DNA from: Candidatus Aenigmatarchaeota archaeon
GTDB lineage: Archaea > Aenigmatarchaeota > Aenigmatarchaeia > QMZP01 > QMZT01
Reading direction: 5' to 3'
Assembly (NCBI GenBank): GCA_963726265.1
Contig: CAVSBQ010000002.1
Span: 861,795-925,794, forward strand
DNA: 64,000 bases
Below are positions 38,139 to 48,479 of the stretch, in pieces (the stretch's first letter is position 1; every line of letters begins with the position of its first letter). The translations under genes and the position numbers were made by a program. The notes below the pieces were generated by a model. The model ran no database searches. It was not told the DNA's origin and worked only from the letters and a program-made list of their open reading frames with translations.

Positions 38139-39303
38139 ATGGATGTTGAAAAAGTTGAAAAAGCGGTGGACGCGCAGAAGGCCGGGATGATAAAGCTTCT
38201 TTCTGACCTGCTGGCAAGGAACACGGCCAACCCGCCCGGCAACGAATTCTTCGCGGCAGAGGTCGTCAAGGAATTCTTTGAAAGGGAAAAAATAGCATAC
38301 AGGATTTTCGAAAAGCAGAAGGGCCGTTCGAACATAATCGGTTATATAGGCAAAGGGAAGCCGCGCCTGATTATCGCCTGCCACATGGACACGGTCCCGG
38401 CTGGCGACGGATGGAAATCGAATCCTTTCCGTGCGCGAGTTGAGGGCGACAGGATTTATGGACGAGGCGCGGTCGACAACAAAGGCCCGCTGGCTGGCAT
38501 GCTCATCGCAGGCAAAATCCTCAAGAGGCTCGAGCCATCGCTTCGCTGCCAGGTCATGCTCGCCTGCGTCGCTGACGAGGAGATGGGCTCGGAATTCGGG
38601 ATGCGCTACCTGCTTGACAGCGGCCTCGACGCGGAATATGCGATTGTGCCGGACATAGAGCACGAGCTGAAGAAAATCGACGTCGCTGAGAAAGGGTCTG
38701 CTTGTTCCTGAAGGTCACTTCCCTTGGTCGCCAGGCGCACGGCTCGACTCCAGAAGCCGGGATAAACGCCGTCTGGAACATGCTCGAGTTCCTTGCGCTG
38801 CTCAAACGCTACAGGATGCGTTTTAAACGGCATCGTCTGCTTTCGCCGCCCACCATAAACCTCGGGCGTGATAAAAGGCGGGGAAGCGACGAACATGGTG
38901 CCTGCCGCATGCGAGGCGAAAATCGACATACGCTACCTGCCTTCTCAGAAATCTTCAGATATCATAAATGATGTAAAGAAGATGCTCGCGGTCGAGAAGG
39001 AAAAACAGGAAGGCGAGATTCAGGCTTGAAGTGATTGACCATCAGAAGCCCGTCGCCGTCGAAGGCGGCGCGCTGGTGAGGCTGATCAGAAAGCACGTAA
39101 AAGAGGTCACGGGAAACCATGCCGAGCTCATCGGCATCTCGGGGACGACGCTGGTCAAGCCGCTGGCCGAGAAAGGGATCGTCGCAGTGGGCTTCTCGCC
39201 CGGCAAAGGCCTTGCGCATACGGCGAACGAGTTCATCTCCATCGCCGAGCTCATGGCCTTCGCGAAGATACTGTGCCTGGTCTGCCTCGACCTTTCCGCT
39301 TAG
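38139..39303 (+). CDS. M20-family metallopeptidase (ArgE/DapE/CPG2-like), fragmented into three frames
   Basis: 38139-38711: …IIACHMDTVPAGDGW…GRGAVDNKGPLAG…ACVADEEMGSEFG. 38702-38971: …LKVTSLGRQAHGSTPEAGINAV. 39031-39303: …GISGTTLVK…VAVGFSPGKGLAHTANEFISI. Frame changes near 38700 and 38960-39030. Confidence 0.65.
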
Positions 39304-39350
39304 GCACGATAATTTTATTGATACTTTTATTAATACGCGAGGGAAAAAAG

Positions 39351-40022
39351 ATGTCTATGAAGGCGAAGAGGACGAAGAGGCTGAAGGCCAGGCCGCATAA
39401 GGCGAGGAAGACGAAGAAAACGAAAGACGCAGCCGGGAAGATAAGGATACTCTGCGTCTCCGACTACCATCGCGACAAGGGAATGGCGGATAACGTCGAG
39501 AAACTGGCCAGGAAGGAGAAGGTAGACGTCATAGTCAATGCGGGCGACTTCCTGTCCGAGGAGTTCGCGGCGAAGACGCTTGGAGCGACGCAGTTCCGCA
39601 CGTTCGTCGTGCGCGGCAACTGGGACCGCGATCTCAGCGTGTCGAACAGGAAGGTCACGGTCCTGCTCAACGAGATTGCCGAGTACAACGGTTATTTTTT
39701 CCTGGGGGTCGACTGGAACTATTACGCGCAGATACCGAAGCTAGCGAAGGGCATCGACCCGAAAAGGCTCATATTAATAACGCACGACCCGCCCTTCGAC
39801 ATCCTCGACATAAGCTACTTCGGCAGCAACGCCGGCATGCCGGAGCTCAGGGAAGTGGTCGAGGCGATAAAACCCGTTCTCCACGTCTTCGGCCACATAC
39901 ACGAGTCCGCCGGCGTGGTCAAGCACAGGGGCACGCTGTTCATCAATGCCGCCCTGCCGGAATACAGGAAAGCCGCGATAGTCGAGCTGCCCAGCCAGAA
40001 GGTTGCCGTTTTCGACGTTTAG
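39351..40022 (+). CDS. calcineurin-like metallophosphoesterase
   Basis: ILCVSDYH…VIVNAGDF…RGNWD…LITHDPP…HVFGHIHE motif series. Confidence 0.7.
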   Translation: MSMKAKRTKRLKARPHKARKTKKTKDAAGKIRILCVSDYHRDKGMADNVEKLARKEKVDVIVNAGDFLSEEFAAKTLGATQFRTFVVRGNWDRDLSVSNRKVTVLLNEIAEYNGYFFLGVDWNYYAQIPKLAKGIDPKRLILITHDPPFDILDISYFGSNAGMPELREVVEAIKPVLHVFGHIHESAGVVKHRGTLFINAALPEYRKAAIVELPSQKVAVFDV

Positions 40023-40105
40023 GACGCTTCTTCAGCTTTTTCCCGTTTTGCTTAAAAACTTAGAATCCAAGAAGACTTAAAATCAATCAAAACAAATAAA
40101 GAATA

Positions 40106-41430
40106 TTGCGTGATTGCATGCCGGAAAAATTCGAGCTGATGAATGCGAAGGGAGCGCGGGACTTTTTGCCAGAGGAAGCCATAGCCAGGCAGGAGATAAC
40201 CGGCATGCTGAAAGCGATATTCGAGAAATACGGCTATTCGCCGCTTGAAACGCCGGCGATTGAACGGAAGGACGTGCTGTCCGCGAAATTCGCAGGCGGC
40301 GCTGAAATAATGAAGGAGATGTTCAAGGTCGAGGACCAGGGCGGGCGTGAACTGGCGTTACGCTACGACCTGACGGTCCCGCTGGCCAAGGTCGTGGGCA
40401 TGAACCCCAACCTTACGAAGCCGTTCAAACGCTATCAAATACAGCCGGTATGGCGCGATGGCCCGATAAAGCTCGGCAGATATCGAGAGTTCCTCCAGTG
40501 CGACGCGGACGTCGTCGGGACGAAGTCCATGCTCGCCGACGCCGAGATACTGGCAATCGCTTCCGAATTCTTCACGAAGCTCGGGCTGAAATTCGTGATA
40601 AGGGTGAACTCGCGCAAGCTCATGAACGGCATGCTCGATTACGCAGGCATCCATGAGAACAAGATGGATGCGATTCTCGCGATAGACAAGCTCGAGAAGT
40701 TCGGCGCAGCCGCTGTGAAGAAAGAGATGGAAGAGAAGGGCTTCGCTGCGAAAGCGGTGGAAAGCCGTGCTGAAGATGCTGGAGCTGAAAGGCGGGAACG
40801 CCGAGCTGCTCGGAAAGGCCGGGAAGCTGATCAAGAGCGAGGAAGGGAAGGAAGGCGTAAAAGAGCTGCAGGGAGCTTCTGGACTATTGCGAGGCCATGG
40901 GCGTTGAGATAAAAATCGACGTCTCGCTGGCGCGCGGGCTGGAATATTACACCGGGCCGGTTTACGAGGTTTACCTGAAGGATTCGAAGGTCACGTCGTC
41001 CGTCGCCGGCGGCGGGCGCTACGACAAGATGATAGGCATGTTCATAGGACGCGGCGAATACCCGGCGACTGGGATTTCATTCGGCATAGAGCCGCTTTTC
41101 GAGGCGCTGAATGAGCAGAAGGAAGCGAGGCCGAAGACCGTTACGCAGGCCCTTGTGATTCCCATAGGCACGCTGGACGACTCGATAAAGCTCGCGAAGA
41201 AGCTGAGGGCGCTGGGAATAAAAACGGAAATCGACCTGATGGGACGCGGCATCTCGTCGAACCTGGACTACGCGAACTCGCTGGGCATTCCTTACGTCGT
41301 GTTCCTGGGGAAGAAAGAGCTCGCGGAAAAGAAGGTCAAGCTGCGCGACATGAAATCGGGCAAGGAAAAAATGGCGACTGCCGAAGAAGCAGCTTCTGTG
41401 ATAACGTCTGGGCCGTCTGGGCGCATCTAA
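40106..41430 (+). CDS. hisS: histidine--tRNA ligase, with two single-base frame changes (about 40772 and about 40872)
   Basis: N-part …KGARDFLPEE…LRYDLTVPLAKVV…KRYQIQPVWRDGP…REFLQCDADVVG. C-part (40897-41430) …ARGLEYYTGPVYE…GGGRYD… anticodon-binding domain. Both insertions sit in short homopolymers (agcc, caggg). Confidence 0.8.
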
Positions 41431-41491
41431 TATTTTTAAGTCCGCTTTTATTATCTATAGTAATCAACCAAACGAAAAAGAGGATGATATC

Positions 41492-43327
41492 ATGGTGATG
41501 AAAAGCATAAGGCACATAACCAGCTCGAATTCCAGGACGCTCGTGCCAGACACGTCCGTTCTCATAAACAGGAAGCTCTCGGAGATGATAGAAGGCGGAA
41601 AACTCGACGGCGTGAGGATAATCATACCCAGGATAGTCGTCGACGAGCTGCAGGCGCAGGCGTCACGGGGGAAGGACGTCGGCTTCCGCGGCCTGGACGA
41701 GATAAAGAAGATTAAGGCGCTTTGCGAGAAGCACAAGATAAAGCTCACCTTCAGCGGAGAGCGGCCTTCGCAGGACGACATAAGCCTGGCGAAAAAAGGA
41801 AGGCTGGACGCGCTAATCCGCGACTTCGCGGTGAAGGAGAACGCGACCCTTCTGACCAGCGACTACGTGCAGGCGCTGGTGGGCGAGGCTGAAAATGTTT
41901 CGATTGACTACGTCCCGTTCGACATAAGCCACAAGGCGATAAAAATCGAGGGCTTCTTCACCCCGGACACGCAGTCCGTCCATCTCAAGGTCGGAGTGAA
42001 GCCTTACGCGAAACGGGGGAAGCCGGGCGAGGTGAAGCTCGTCCACATCAGGGACAAGCTGGTCGATGAGGACGAGCTGAAGGCGATAATCTACGAGATA
42101 CTTTCGAAGGTCCACAAGGACCCGGGCTCGTTCATCGAAATCGGGAAGCAGGGCGCCAGCGCTCTGGTCGTGCAGATGGGCAAATACAGGATAGCGATAA
42201 CGAGGCCGCCTTTCTCGTCCGCGACCGAAGTCACGGCAGTCAGGCCCATCGTCAAGCTCGAGCTGAAGGACTACGCCCTTCACAAGGATGTGGAGGAAAT
42301 GATAGTCGGCGACACGCGCGGCGTGCTCATAGCAGGCCCGCCCGGTTCGGGGAAATCGACCTTCGCAGGCAGCGTCGCCGAGTTCCTTTCGCACATGGGC
42401 AAGGTCGTCAAGACGTTCGAGCAGCCGAGGGATCTGCAGGTCGGCCCGGAAATAACGCAGTATGCGCCGCTCGAGAACGACTGGGAGAAAACCGCTGAAA
42501 TGCTTCTTCTGGTCAGGCCGGATTACACGATTTTCGACGAGGTGAGAAAGACCAAGGATTTCCGCGTCTTCGCGGACATGCGTCTCGCCGGCGTTGGAAT
42601 GATAGGCGTCGTCCACGCGACTGACGTAATCTCAGCGATACAGAGGTTCATGGGACGCATCGAATTGGGCATGATTCCCCACGTCGTCGACACTGTCATC
42701 TACATAAAGAACGGCAAAATACAGAGGATTTACACGCTCAGCCTGCTGGTGAAAGTCCCGTCAGGCATGACCGAAGCTGACCTGGCGAGGCCGGTCGTCG
42801 AGGTGCGCGACTTCGAGACGAAGAAGCTCGAATACGAGATTTACACCTTCGGCGAGGAGAACGTCGTCATCCCGATAAAGGAGGCGCCCAAGCCGCTGGT
42901 GGACATGATCACGAAGGTCATAGGCAGGGAGATAGGCCACCTCGACAAGAACCTGCAGATAGAGTTCCTGTCGGAAAACAGGATCGTTCTGCGGGTAAGG
43001 AATGACGTCATAGCCAAGATCATAGGAAGGCAGGGCAAGAACATCGAGGACCTCGAGAGGAAGACGGGCATACGCATCTCCGTCGAGCCCAGCGAAAACA
43101 CGTTAAAACAGGAAGTCGCGTTCGAGATAGGCGAGCGCGGCAAGGCCTTCGGCATCATGGTCGGCGACAGGCTAACCGGCCAGCAGATCGATTTGTATGA
43201 CGGGGAAGAGTATTTGTTTTCGCCAGTGGTCGGAAGAAAAGGAGAAGTCAGGGTAAGGAAGAAATCCGACGAAGGCCGCAAGATTCTGAGGGCGGTAAGC
43301 TCGAGAACGCTGAGAGTGCTGGCCTAG
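41492..43327 (+). CDS. PIN-domain / P-loop ATPase / KH-domain protein (COG1855-like archaeal ATPase)
   Basis: N-terminal PIN (…LVPDTSVLINRKLSEM…), Walker A GVLIAGPPGSGKSTFA, C-terminal KH (…IIGRQGKNIEDLERKTGIRISV…). Confidence 0.7.
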   Translation: MVMKSIRHITSSNSRTLVPDTSVLINRKLSEMIEGGKLDGVRIIIPRIVVDELQAQASRGKDVGFRGLDEIKKIKALCEKHKIKLTFSGERPSQDDISLAKKGRLDALIRDFAVKENATLLTSDYVQALVGEAENVSIDYVPFDISHKAIKIEGFFTPDTQSVHLKVGVKPYAKRGKPGEVKLVHIRDKLVDEDELKAIIYEILSKVHKDPGSFIEIGKQGASALVVQMGKYRIAITRPPFSSATEVTAVRPIVKLELKDYALHKDVEEMIVGDTRGVLIAGPPGSGKSTFAGSVAEFLSHMGKVVKTFEQPRDLQVGPEITQYAPLENDWEKTAEMLLLVRPDYTIFDEVRKTKDFRVFADMRLAGVGMIGVVHATDVISAIQRFMGRIELGMIPHVVDTVIYIKNGKIQRIYTLSLLVKVPSGMTEADLARPVVEVRDFETKKLEYEIYTFGEENVVIPIKEAPKPLVDMITKVIGREIGHLDKNLQIEFLSENRIVLRVRNDVIAKIIGRQGKNIEDLERKTGIRISVEPSENTLKQEVAFEIGERGKAFGIMVGDRLTGQQIDLYDGEEYLFSPVVGRKGEVRVRKKSDEGRKILRAVSSRTLRVLA

Positions 43328-43357
43328 CTTCTTTTTGATTTTTAATAATTAGAAAAA

Positions 43358-44698
43358 TCACATGCCGCCTGTCAAGCCGAACTGCTTGGCCATCTTTGCG
43401 AACGGCCCTCGTTTGAACGCCTTGCCGCCGCCGCTCATCTTCAAAAGCTTCTTTATCTGGTTGTAGTTTTTCAGCAGGTCGCGGACGTCGGCTTGCGTCG
43501 TTCCCGACCCTTTCGCTATTCGCTGGATGCGCGCCTGCTTTATGATGTCCGGGTCTTCGCGCTCCTGCGGAGTCATGGAGCTGATGATGTGCTTCCATTT
43601 TTTCATCTTACCCTCCTGCACGTCCATGAAGTTCGCAGGCAGTTTCCTCGCGAGCGCGCCGCCGCTGGACATACCAGGTATCATGTCCATGACCTTCGAA
43701 AGGGAACCCATCTTCTGCAGCGAGCCCAGCTGCTCGCAGAACTCGTTCATCGTGAAGCGGCCTTCGATGATTTTCTTCGCCGACTCTTCCGCGCCTGCGT
43801 CTTTCGCCTTCTCGAGCAGACCCTGGAGATCGCCGTAGCCTATCAGCCTCGATACGAAGCGTTGAGGATCGTACTCTTCGAAGTCGTCGATTTTCTCGCC
43901 CACGCCTATCATGCGGACGTTCGATCCGGAGACGCTCGTCGCCGCGAGCGCGCCGCCGCCTCTCGCTGTCCCGTCCATCTTGGTGATTATCACGCCGGTT
44001 ATGCCCACCAGCTTGTTGAATTCCTCGGCCTGCTTCCTCGCGGCTTGGCCTATGTCGGCCGGAACGACAAGGAAGACCTCGTCCGGTTTTATGATTTCGC
44101 CCATCTTCTTCAGCTCTCTGGCCAGCTCCCCGTCGAGCGCGTCGCGGCCCGCGGAATCGAATATGACAACGTTTTCTTTCGCTTCCTTCGCAGCGTGCTG
44201 CGCGATGTCTTCCGGCTTCCTGCCTTCGTCGTAGACCGGGACTTCCACCTGCTTCCCTATCTGCCTCAGCTGCTCCTGCGCCGCCGCCCTGTGGGTGTCG
44301 CAGGCGACCAAAGCGACGGAAAGGCCGCGCTTTTTGAACCAGAGCGCGAGCTTGCCGCATGTCGTGGTCTTGCCGGAGCCGAAAAGCCCGATGAGCAGGA
44401 TGCGCTGGTTCTTGAGGATGAGCTTGCCCTTCTCCTTCCCGAGAAGGCCGACAATCTCGTCGTAAAGCGTCTTGATGAAGAATTCCTTGAGCGTCATGCC
44501 CTTCGGCGTCTCTTTCAGGACCTTCTCCTTTATCCTCTGCGACATATCGAAAACGAGCTTCACGTCGACGTCCGACTGGATGAGCGTGCGCTGCAAATCA
44601 CGCACGATAGCTTCGACTGCCTCTTTGTCGACCACGCCGAGTCCCATGACCCTGCGGAAGACGTCCTTTATGCCCGAGCCGAACTTGTCCAGCACCAT
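43358..44698 (-). CDS. srp54: signal recognition particle protein SRP54
   Basis: N-domain, G-domain (GLFGSGKTTTCGKLA, DTHRAAA, FLVVPAD…GQ), Met-rich M-domain. Confidence 0.9.
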   Translation of the reverse strand: MVLDKFGSGIKDVFRRVMGLGVVDKEAVEAIVRDLQRTLIQSDVDVKLVFDMSQRIKEKVLKETPKGMTLKEFFIKTLYDEIVGLLGKEKGKLILKNQRILLIGLFGSGKTTTCGKLALWFKKRGLSVALVACDTHRAAAQEQLRQIGKQVEVPVYDEGRKPEDIAQHAAKEAKENVVIFDSAGRDALDGELARELKKMGEIIKPDEVFLVVPADIGQAARKQAEEFNKLVGITGVIITKMDGTARGGGALAATSVSGSNVRMIGVGEKIDDFEEYDPQRFVSRLIGYGDLQGLLEKAKDAGAEESAKKIIEGRFTMNEFCEQLGSLQKMGSLSKVMDMIPGMSSGGALARKLPANFMDVQEGKMKKWKHIISSMTPQEREDPDIIKQARIQRIAKGSGTTQADVRDLLKNYNQIKKLLKMSGGGKAFKRGPFAKMAKQFGLTGGM

Positions 44699-45120
44699 GG
44701 TTCACCTTGCTGTCAGACGCATTAACCGATAGATATAGAATTGGCCGGTATATATAAATATTATAAAAAGCGAAAGAAGAAAGAAAAATAAAAAAGAGAG
44801 CAAGCCCGTTTTACTTGGATGACAGTCTCTTGCTCTTCACGACTACCCACAGCTTCTTCGTCATTTCGCTGGGAGTTATCCTGCTCTTGCCGAAAACGTC
44901 TTCAAGAGTTTCTCTCCTGCCGGCAAAGCAGATCGTGTAACCACCAAAAGCAACTTTCTTAGCCATAGTTTACACCCCTTAGAATTTTATAATATTGATT
45001 GCATTTTCTGCCTTATATACGTTAGCGACGCAGACGGCCCGTCCTACGAGGGAAGCCGCCGAAAGCTTTATATACATCTGAACCAATAAATAAGTAAAAT
45101 TAACTATTATTTAGTAACAA

Positions 45121-45519
45121 ATGATAGGAGGGTTGGATATCATGAAAATATTCAAGACAAAGTTTCCCAAGATTCCAACGGAAATGGGTACATATTTAGC
45201 TTTGGCTGCGCTTGGCGCTTCAGCAGCTGGTCTTTTATCATATACTGATTATAATCGGAAATTGGATAATCAGCTGAAATATCAACGTGCAGCTGTTGTG
45301 GAGACGCCATACAGTCCAAACATAGGATGGGATAATTTTGTGCATGAAGGCGGTGGCACAACAGATGACTGGTTTTTGTTCAATAAGAAATTACAAGAAA
45401 TCAACGGCGGAGACCTGACATCATTCAGGCTCGGCGACAAAATTCTCCTGCTGGATTTGGCGAACCCGAAAACAGGAGAGCCCGACGGAAAGGTTTTGCC
45501 GGAGAACTACTCGAAATAA
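45121..45519 (+). CDS. hypothetical protein (132 aa) in low-GC stretch
   Basis: ORF only; one N-terminal hydrophobic segment. No family recognised. Confidence 0.3.
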   Translation: MIGGLDIMKIFKTKFPKIPTEMGTYLALAALGASAAGLLSYTDYNRKLDNQLKYQRAAVVETPYSPNIGWDNFVHEGGGTTDDWFLFNKKLQEINGGDLTSFRLGDKILLLDLANPKTGEPDGKVLPENYSK

Positions 45520-45535
45520 AGGAGTGTGATGACCA

Positions 45536-45751
45536 ATGAAAAGCCTTTATCATGCAGTTATTATGCTACAACGTACTCCTGATGGCGATGTATACAAGGG
45601 TATGTTCGGCAACCCAAAAAATTTCACTTCAGGAACCTGCGTGGATGTGTTGGAAGGCACCGACAAGCATGCCTTGATGAGAAAAGTAAACACGAGAGGC
45701 AGGATATTGGCGCAGTCTTTAAAAACAGATTACAGGCCCATTCACTGCTAG
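45536..45751 (+). CDS. hypothetical small protein (71 aa)
   Basis: ORF only. Follows the previous gene after 16 nt; same low-GC stretch. Confidence 0.25.
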   Translation: MKSLYHAVIMLQRTPDGDVYKGMFGNPKNFTSGTCVDVLEGTDKHALMRKVNTRGRILAQSLKTDYRPIHC

Positions 45752-45756
45752 CCTTT

Positions 45757-46509
45757 TTATTTTTCCATCTCGAAGGTGGCTTCTCCGTGCTTGGAGAACT
45801 CCCTCACAATGTCCTCGCCCACTGAGCGAACCTTGCTTTCGACTTCCTTGTAATTCTTGCCCTCGCCCACCAGCATGTATCTGGGCGCGGAGACGTACTG
45901 GATTTCCAGGCCCTGCTTCTTCGCGGTGAGGAGGATTTTCTTTATCACACCCACGCCGTCGGGTTCGTTGGTCATGAGCCTCAGCTGGCCCTTCACCAGG
46001 AACGTCTTGTCGGCGAAGTTCTTCTGGGCGATTTCTATGATGGCCTTCGTCCATTTCTCGGGCAGGCCCTTCCTGGTGAGAAGGTCCGGCGTCCTGAAGG
46101 CCATCTCGAAAAGCTTCGTGAACGAGCCGAACTCCTCGATGATGTAGGGCCCGATTTCCTTCTTGGTCTGCTCGAGCGTCCTGTCGAGGCTCTTGCCGAC
46201 CATTTCCAGCAGCTTTTCGCTTCGCTTCTCGCGCTTGAACTCGTTGAGCTTGCGCACCGTGTCCTCGCGGTGCACGCGCTTCAGGGAAAGCGAGATGCCC
46301 TCGGGCCTCGCGTCCAGCACGCGGCACACGATGTATTCGTTCTCCCTCACGAACTCGCGGATGTCGCGCACCCAGCGCGACGCGATTTCAGAAACGTGTA
46401 TCATGCCCGTGGTGTCGTATTCAAGAATATAGACTATGGCGGAATGGGGGTTGATTCTCGTTACCCTGCATACGACCAGTTCGCCGTATTTGGGGAGCCT
46501 TTCATTCAT
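45757..46509 (-). CDS. eif2a: translation initiation factor 2 subunit alpha (aIF2-alpha)
   Basis: S1 domain (…LPKYGELVVCRVTRINPHSAIVYILEYDTTGMIHVSEIASRWV…) then helical and alpha-beta domains. Confidence 0.85.
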   Translation of the reverse strand: MNERLPKYGELVVCRVTRINPHSAIVYILEYDTTGMIHVSEIASRWVRDIREFVRENEYIVCRVLDARPEGISLSLKRVHREDTVRKLNEFKREKRSEKLLEMVGKSLDRTLEQTKKEIGPYIIEEFGSFTKLFEMAFRTPDLLTRKGLPEKWTKAIIEIAQKNFADKTFLVKGQLRLMTNEPDGVGVIKKILLTAKKQGLEIQYVSAPRYMLVGEGKNYKEVESKVRSVGEDIVREFSKHGEATFEMEK

Positions 46510-46510
46510 T

Positions 46511-46675
46511 TCAGACCTCTGTGGCGCCCTCGCCGGTCATGAAGGCCTTGCCGCCCGTGGGCCTGGCCAGGACCTCTCCGCACACGAGGCACTTGACTGC
46601 GCTGGCGGACTTCTCGAACATGACCTGCTCGTTCTTGCACTTGCTGCACTTCACTCGCAGGAACTTTGAAACCAT
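46511..46675 (-). CDS. rps27e: 30S ribosomal protein S27e (54 aa, C4 zinc finger)
   Basis: Manual translation MVSKFLRVKCSKCKNEQVMFEKSASAVKCLVCGEVLARPTGGKAFMTGEGATEV. Not in the ORF track (under 60 aa). Confidence 0.7.
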   Translation of the reverse strand: MVSKFLRVKCSKCKNEQVMFEKSASAVKCLVCGEVLARPTGGKAFMTGEGATEV

Positions 46676-46707
46676 ACCCATTCTCCTTATCCGTTTTCAG
46701 ATAACCA

Positions 46708-47097
46708 TCATTTGCCGGGATGTTCGGTCTTGTGCTCGGCCTTCGCTTCCTTCTTGGCTTCCGGTGCCGCCTTCGACTCCTCGGCTTTCGCATCGGCATT
46801 GCCTTTCGCCTTCTCCGACCGTTTCCGGATGATGTCCATCCTCATCTTAGGCAAGGCTTCCTTCTTGTCGTATACATGCGCCGTGACCAGCGACTCGCCC
46901 TTGCCTTTCTCCGTGAATATCTTGCGTATCAGTATGCGCTCCGCGTCCGCCTTAAGCACGCTTTCCAGGGACGGCATTATCTGGCCGCGGGTGGGCGTGG
47001 GTTTGCCGTGATGCTCGAATACCGCCTTTATTTCGTCCCTTTCCATGAAGGGATTCTTTTTGTGCTCCAAAATCTTCAATGACATCATTTCACCCAC
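46708..47097 (-). CDS. rps24e: 30S ribosomal protein S24e
   Basis: …LKILEHKKNPFMERDEIKAVFEHHGKPTPTRGQI…, S24e fold with Lys/Ala/Glu-rich tail. Confidence 0.8.
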   Translation of the reverse strand: MGEMMSLKILEHKKNPFMERDEIKAVFEHHGKPTPTRGQIMPSLESVLKADAERILIRKIFTEKGKGESLVTAHVYDKKEALPKMRMDIIRKRSEKAKGNADAKAEESKAAPEAKKEAKAEHKTEHPGK

Positions 47098-47282
47098 AAG
47101 GCGTATTTGCCCGGCGCAGTTATGCCGAGCAGCTTCGCCAGCTCCGATTCGTTAGGATCGTTGACTATTATGACGCCCTTCCACGTCTTCGTGAAATCCT
47201 TCGTCCCGCATGCGGGGCACTTCTCGTCAAGCACGAAGCGCTTGCACGTCTTGCATACTTTTTCCTTGTCAGCCATAAGCAT
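47085..47282 (-). CDS. spt4: transcription elongation factor Spt4 / RNA polymerase subunit E''
   Basis: CKTCKRFVLDEKCPACG zinc ribbon, …WKGVIIVNDPNESELAK. Confidence 0.75.
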   Translation of the reverse strand: MLMADKEKVCKTCKRFVLDEKCPACGTKDFTKTWKGVIIVNDPNESELAKLLGITAPGKYALWVK

Positions 47283-47287
47283 CAGCC

Positions 47288-47893
47288 TTATTTCTTCTTC
47301 TCTCTCCTTTCAACCTTCTCGGGCTTCTTCTCTTCCTTCCTGGCGACGGTTTCCTCGGCCTTCTCATCCTTGATGTACCAGTCGAGCGCCCCCAGGCCGG
47401 GCTGCCTAGTCGTCAGGCCGATCTTGAACTGGTTCTCGGCCATCGATATAGAGATTATCCTGGCAAGGACGACGGACTTGTCCTTTACCCTTCTCTTAGT
47501 CTTCTTGCCTGTGAACATCATGTTTTTCTGGTCATACGAGACGAAGTCGTCCATGAGCTGCGAGACGTGGATCATCCCGTCCACGGGGCCGAATCTCACG
47601 AATACCCCGAATTCCGTCACGTCTATGACCTCGCCTTTCACTATCTCGTGCTGCTCGGGCATGTATGTCAGGACCCTGAAATCCACCGGGTAGTAGAGCG
47701 CTCCGTCGCCTGGCATGATCATGCCTTCGCCTATATTCTCCACTGACATCACGGACAGTATCACGCCGAGGTTCTTGTCTATCGAGCCCTCCAGCTTCTC
47801 CTCGAGGCTCACCTTGACTGCCTCGTTGAGCTTGAGCCCGAACTTGTCTGGAGCGACGCGTACCTTGTCGCTCACGTCGAATACCTTGTACAT
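47288..47893 (-). CDS. rpoE1: DNA-directed RNA polymerase subunit E' (Rpo7) with S1 domain
   Basis: MYKVFDVSDKVRVAPDKFG… N-domain and …IVKGEVIDVTEFGVFVRFGPVDGMIHVSQ… S1 domain. Confidence 0.85.
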   Translation of the reverse strand: MYKVFDVSDKVRVAPDKFGLKLNEAVKVSLEEKLEGSIDKNLGVILSVMSVENIGEGMIMPGDGALYYPVDFRVLTYMPEQHEIVKGEVIDVTEFGVFVRFGPVDGMIHVSQLMDDFVSYDQKNMMFTGKKTKRRVKDKSVVLARIISISMAENQFKIGLTTRQPGLGALDWYIKDEKAEETVARKEEKKPEKVERREKKK

Positions 47894-47968
47894 GTCATCA
47901 CTCCTAGATTATAGGTTATAACTATACCTGTCAGGTTATATTTATAAGATTTCATGAATTTATAAACT

Positions 47969-48433
47969 TCATTCCAGTTCTTCCAGCACGCATATGTTCG
48001 GTTTCAGGGTGGCTACGTCGCTCCTGCAGAGCAGCTTTTTCATGCCGGTGGCGTCGCTTATGTTGCTCAGGTCTATCTGCGTGCCCTGGAGGTCGATCAT
48101 CCAGTCGGACGTCTCGTTCTCCGAAACGCCGTAAGACAGCATGACGTACGATCTGTCCGTGTTTATGCCCTTGACGAAGTCCTGGTACATGGTTTCCCTG
48201 GCGGTGCAGTTGTCGCAGGCCTCGTTGTGGAAGTATTCGATGATGGCGTTGCCGCCGCTCAGGACGCTCCTCATCTCGTTCAGCGTGAGCTTGCGGTTCA
48301 CGACGGTTGGCACCTGCACCTGCGTCGTCGTGCCGGCAGGCTGCGTGCGGAGCAGCGCCACTTCCGCGACGCTGGCCAGCATGACGACTCCTATGAATAT
48401 CGCCACAAGCCTCTTTTTCGTAAGGTTGTCCAT
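47969..48433 (-). CDS. membrane-anchored thioredoxin-like (CxxC) protein, hypothetical
   Basis: N-terminal TM helix, EYFHNEACDNCTA CxxC segment. Weak. Confidence 0.35.
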   Translation of the reverse strand: MDNLTKKRLVAIFIGVVMLASVAEVALLRTQPAGTTTQVQVPTVVNRKLTLNEMRSVLSGGNAIIEYFHNEACDNCTARETMYQDFVKGINTDRSYVMLSYGVSENETSDWMIDLQGTQIDLSNISDATGMKKLLCRSDVATLKPNICVLEELE

Positions 48434-48479
48434 GCAATCGCCGGATAATTCGAATAATCAAATATGTGATTAAGACGCT

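Noticed and set aside
43493-44725. 410-aa + strand ORF and 250-aa - strand ORF (43608-44360) overlapping SRP54
   Set aside because: SRP54 is unambiguous in its frame. The others are alternative-frame or antisense artefacts rich in Arg/Gly/Ala.
44811-44963. 50-aa reverse-strand ORF (MAKKVAFGGYTICFAGRRETLEDVFGKSRITPSEMTKKLWVVVKSKRLSSK) downstream of SRP54
   Set aside because: Faint resemblance to a SWIB-like KKLW motif but too short and weak to call. Retained only as a note.
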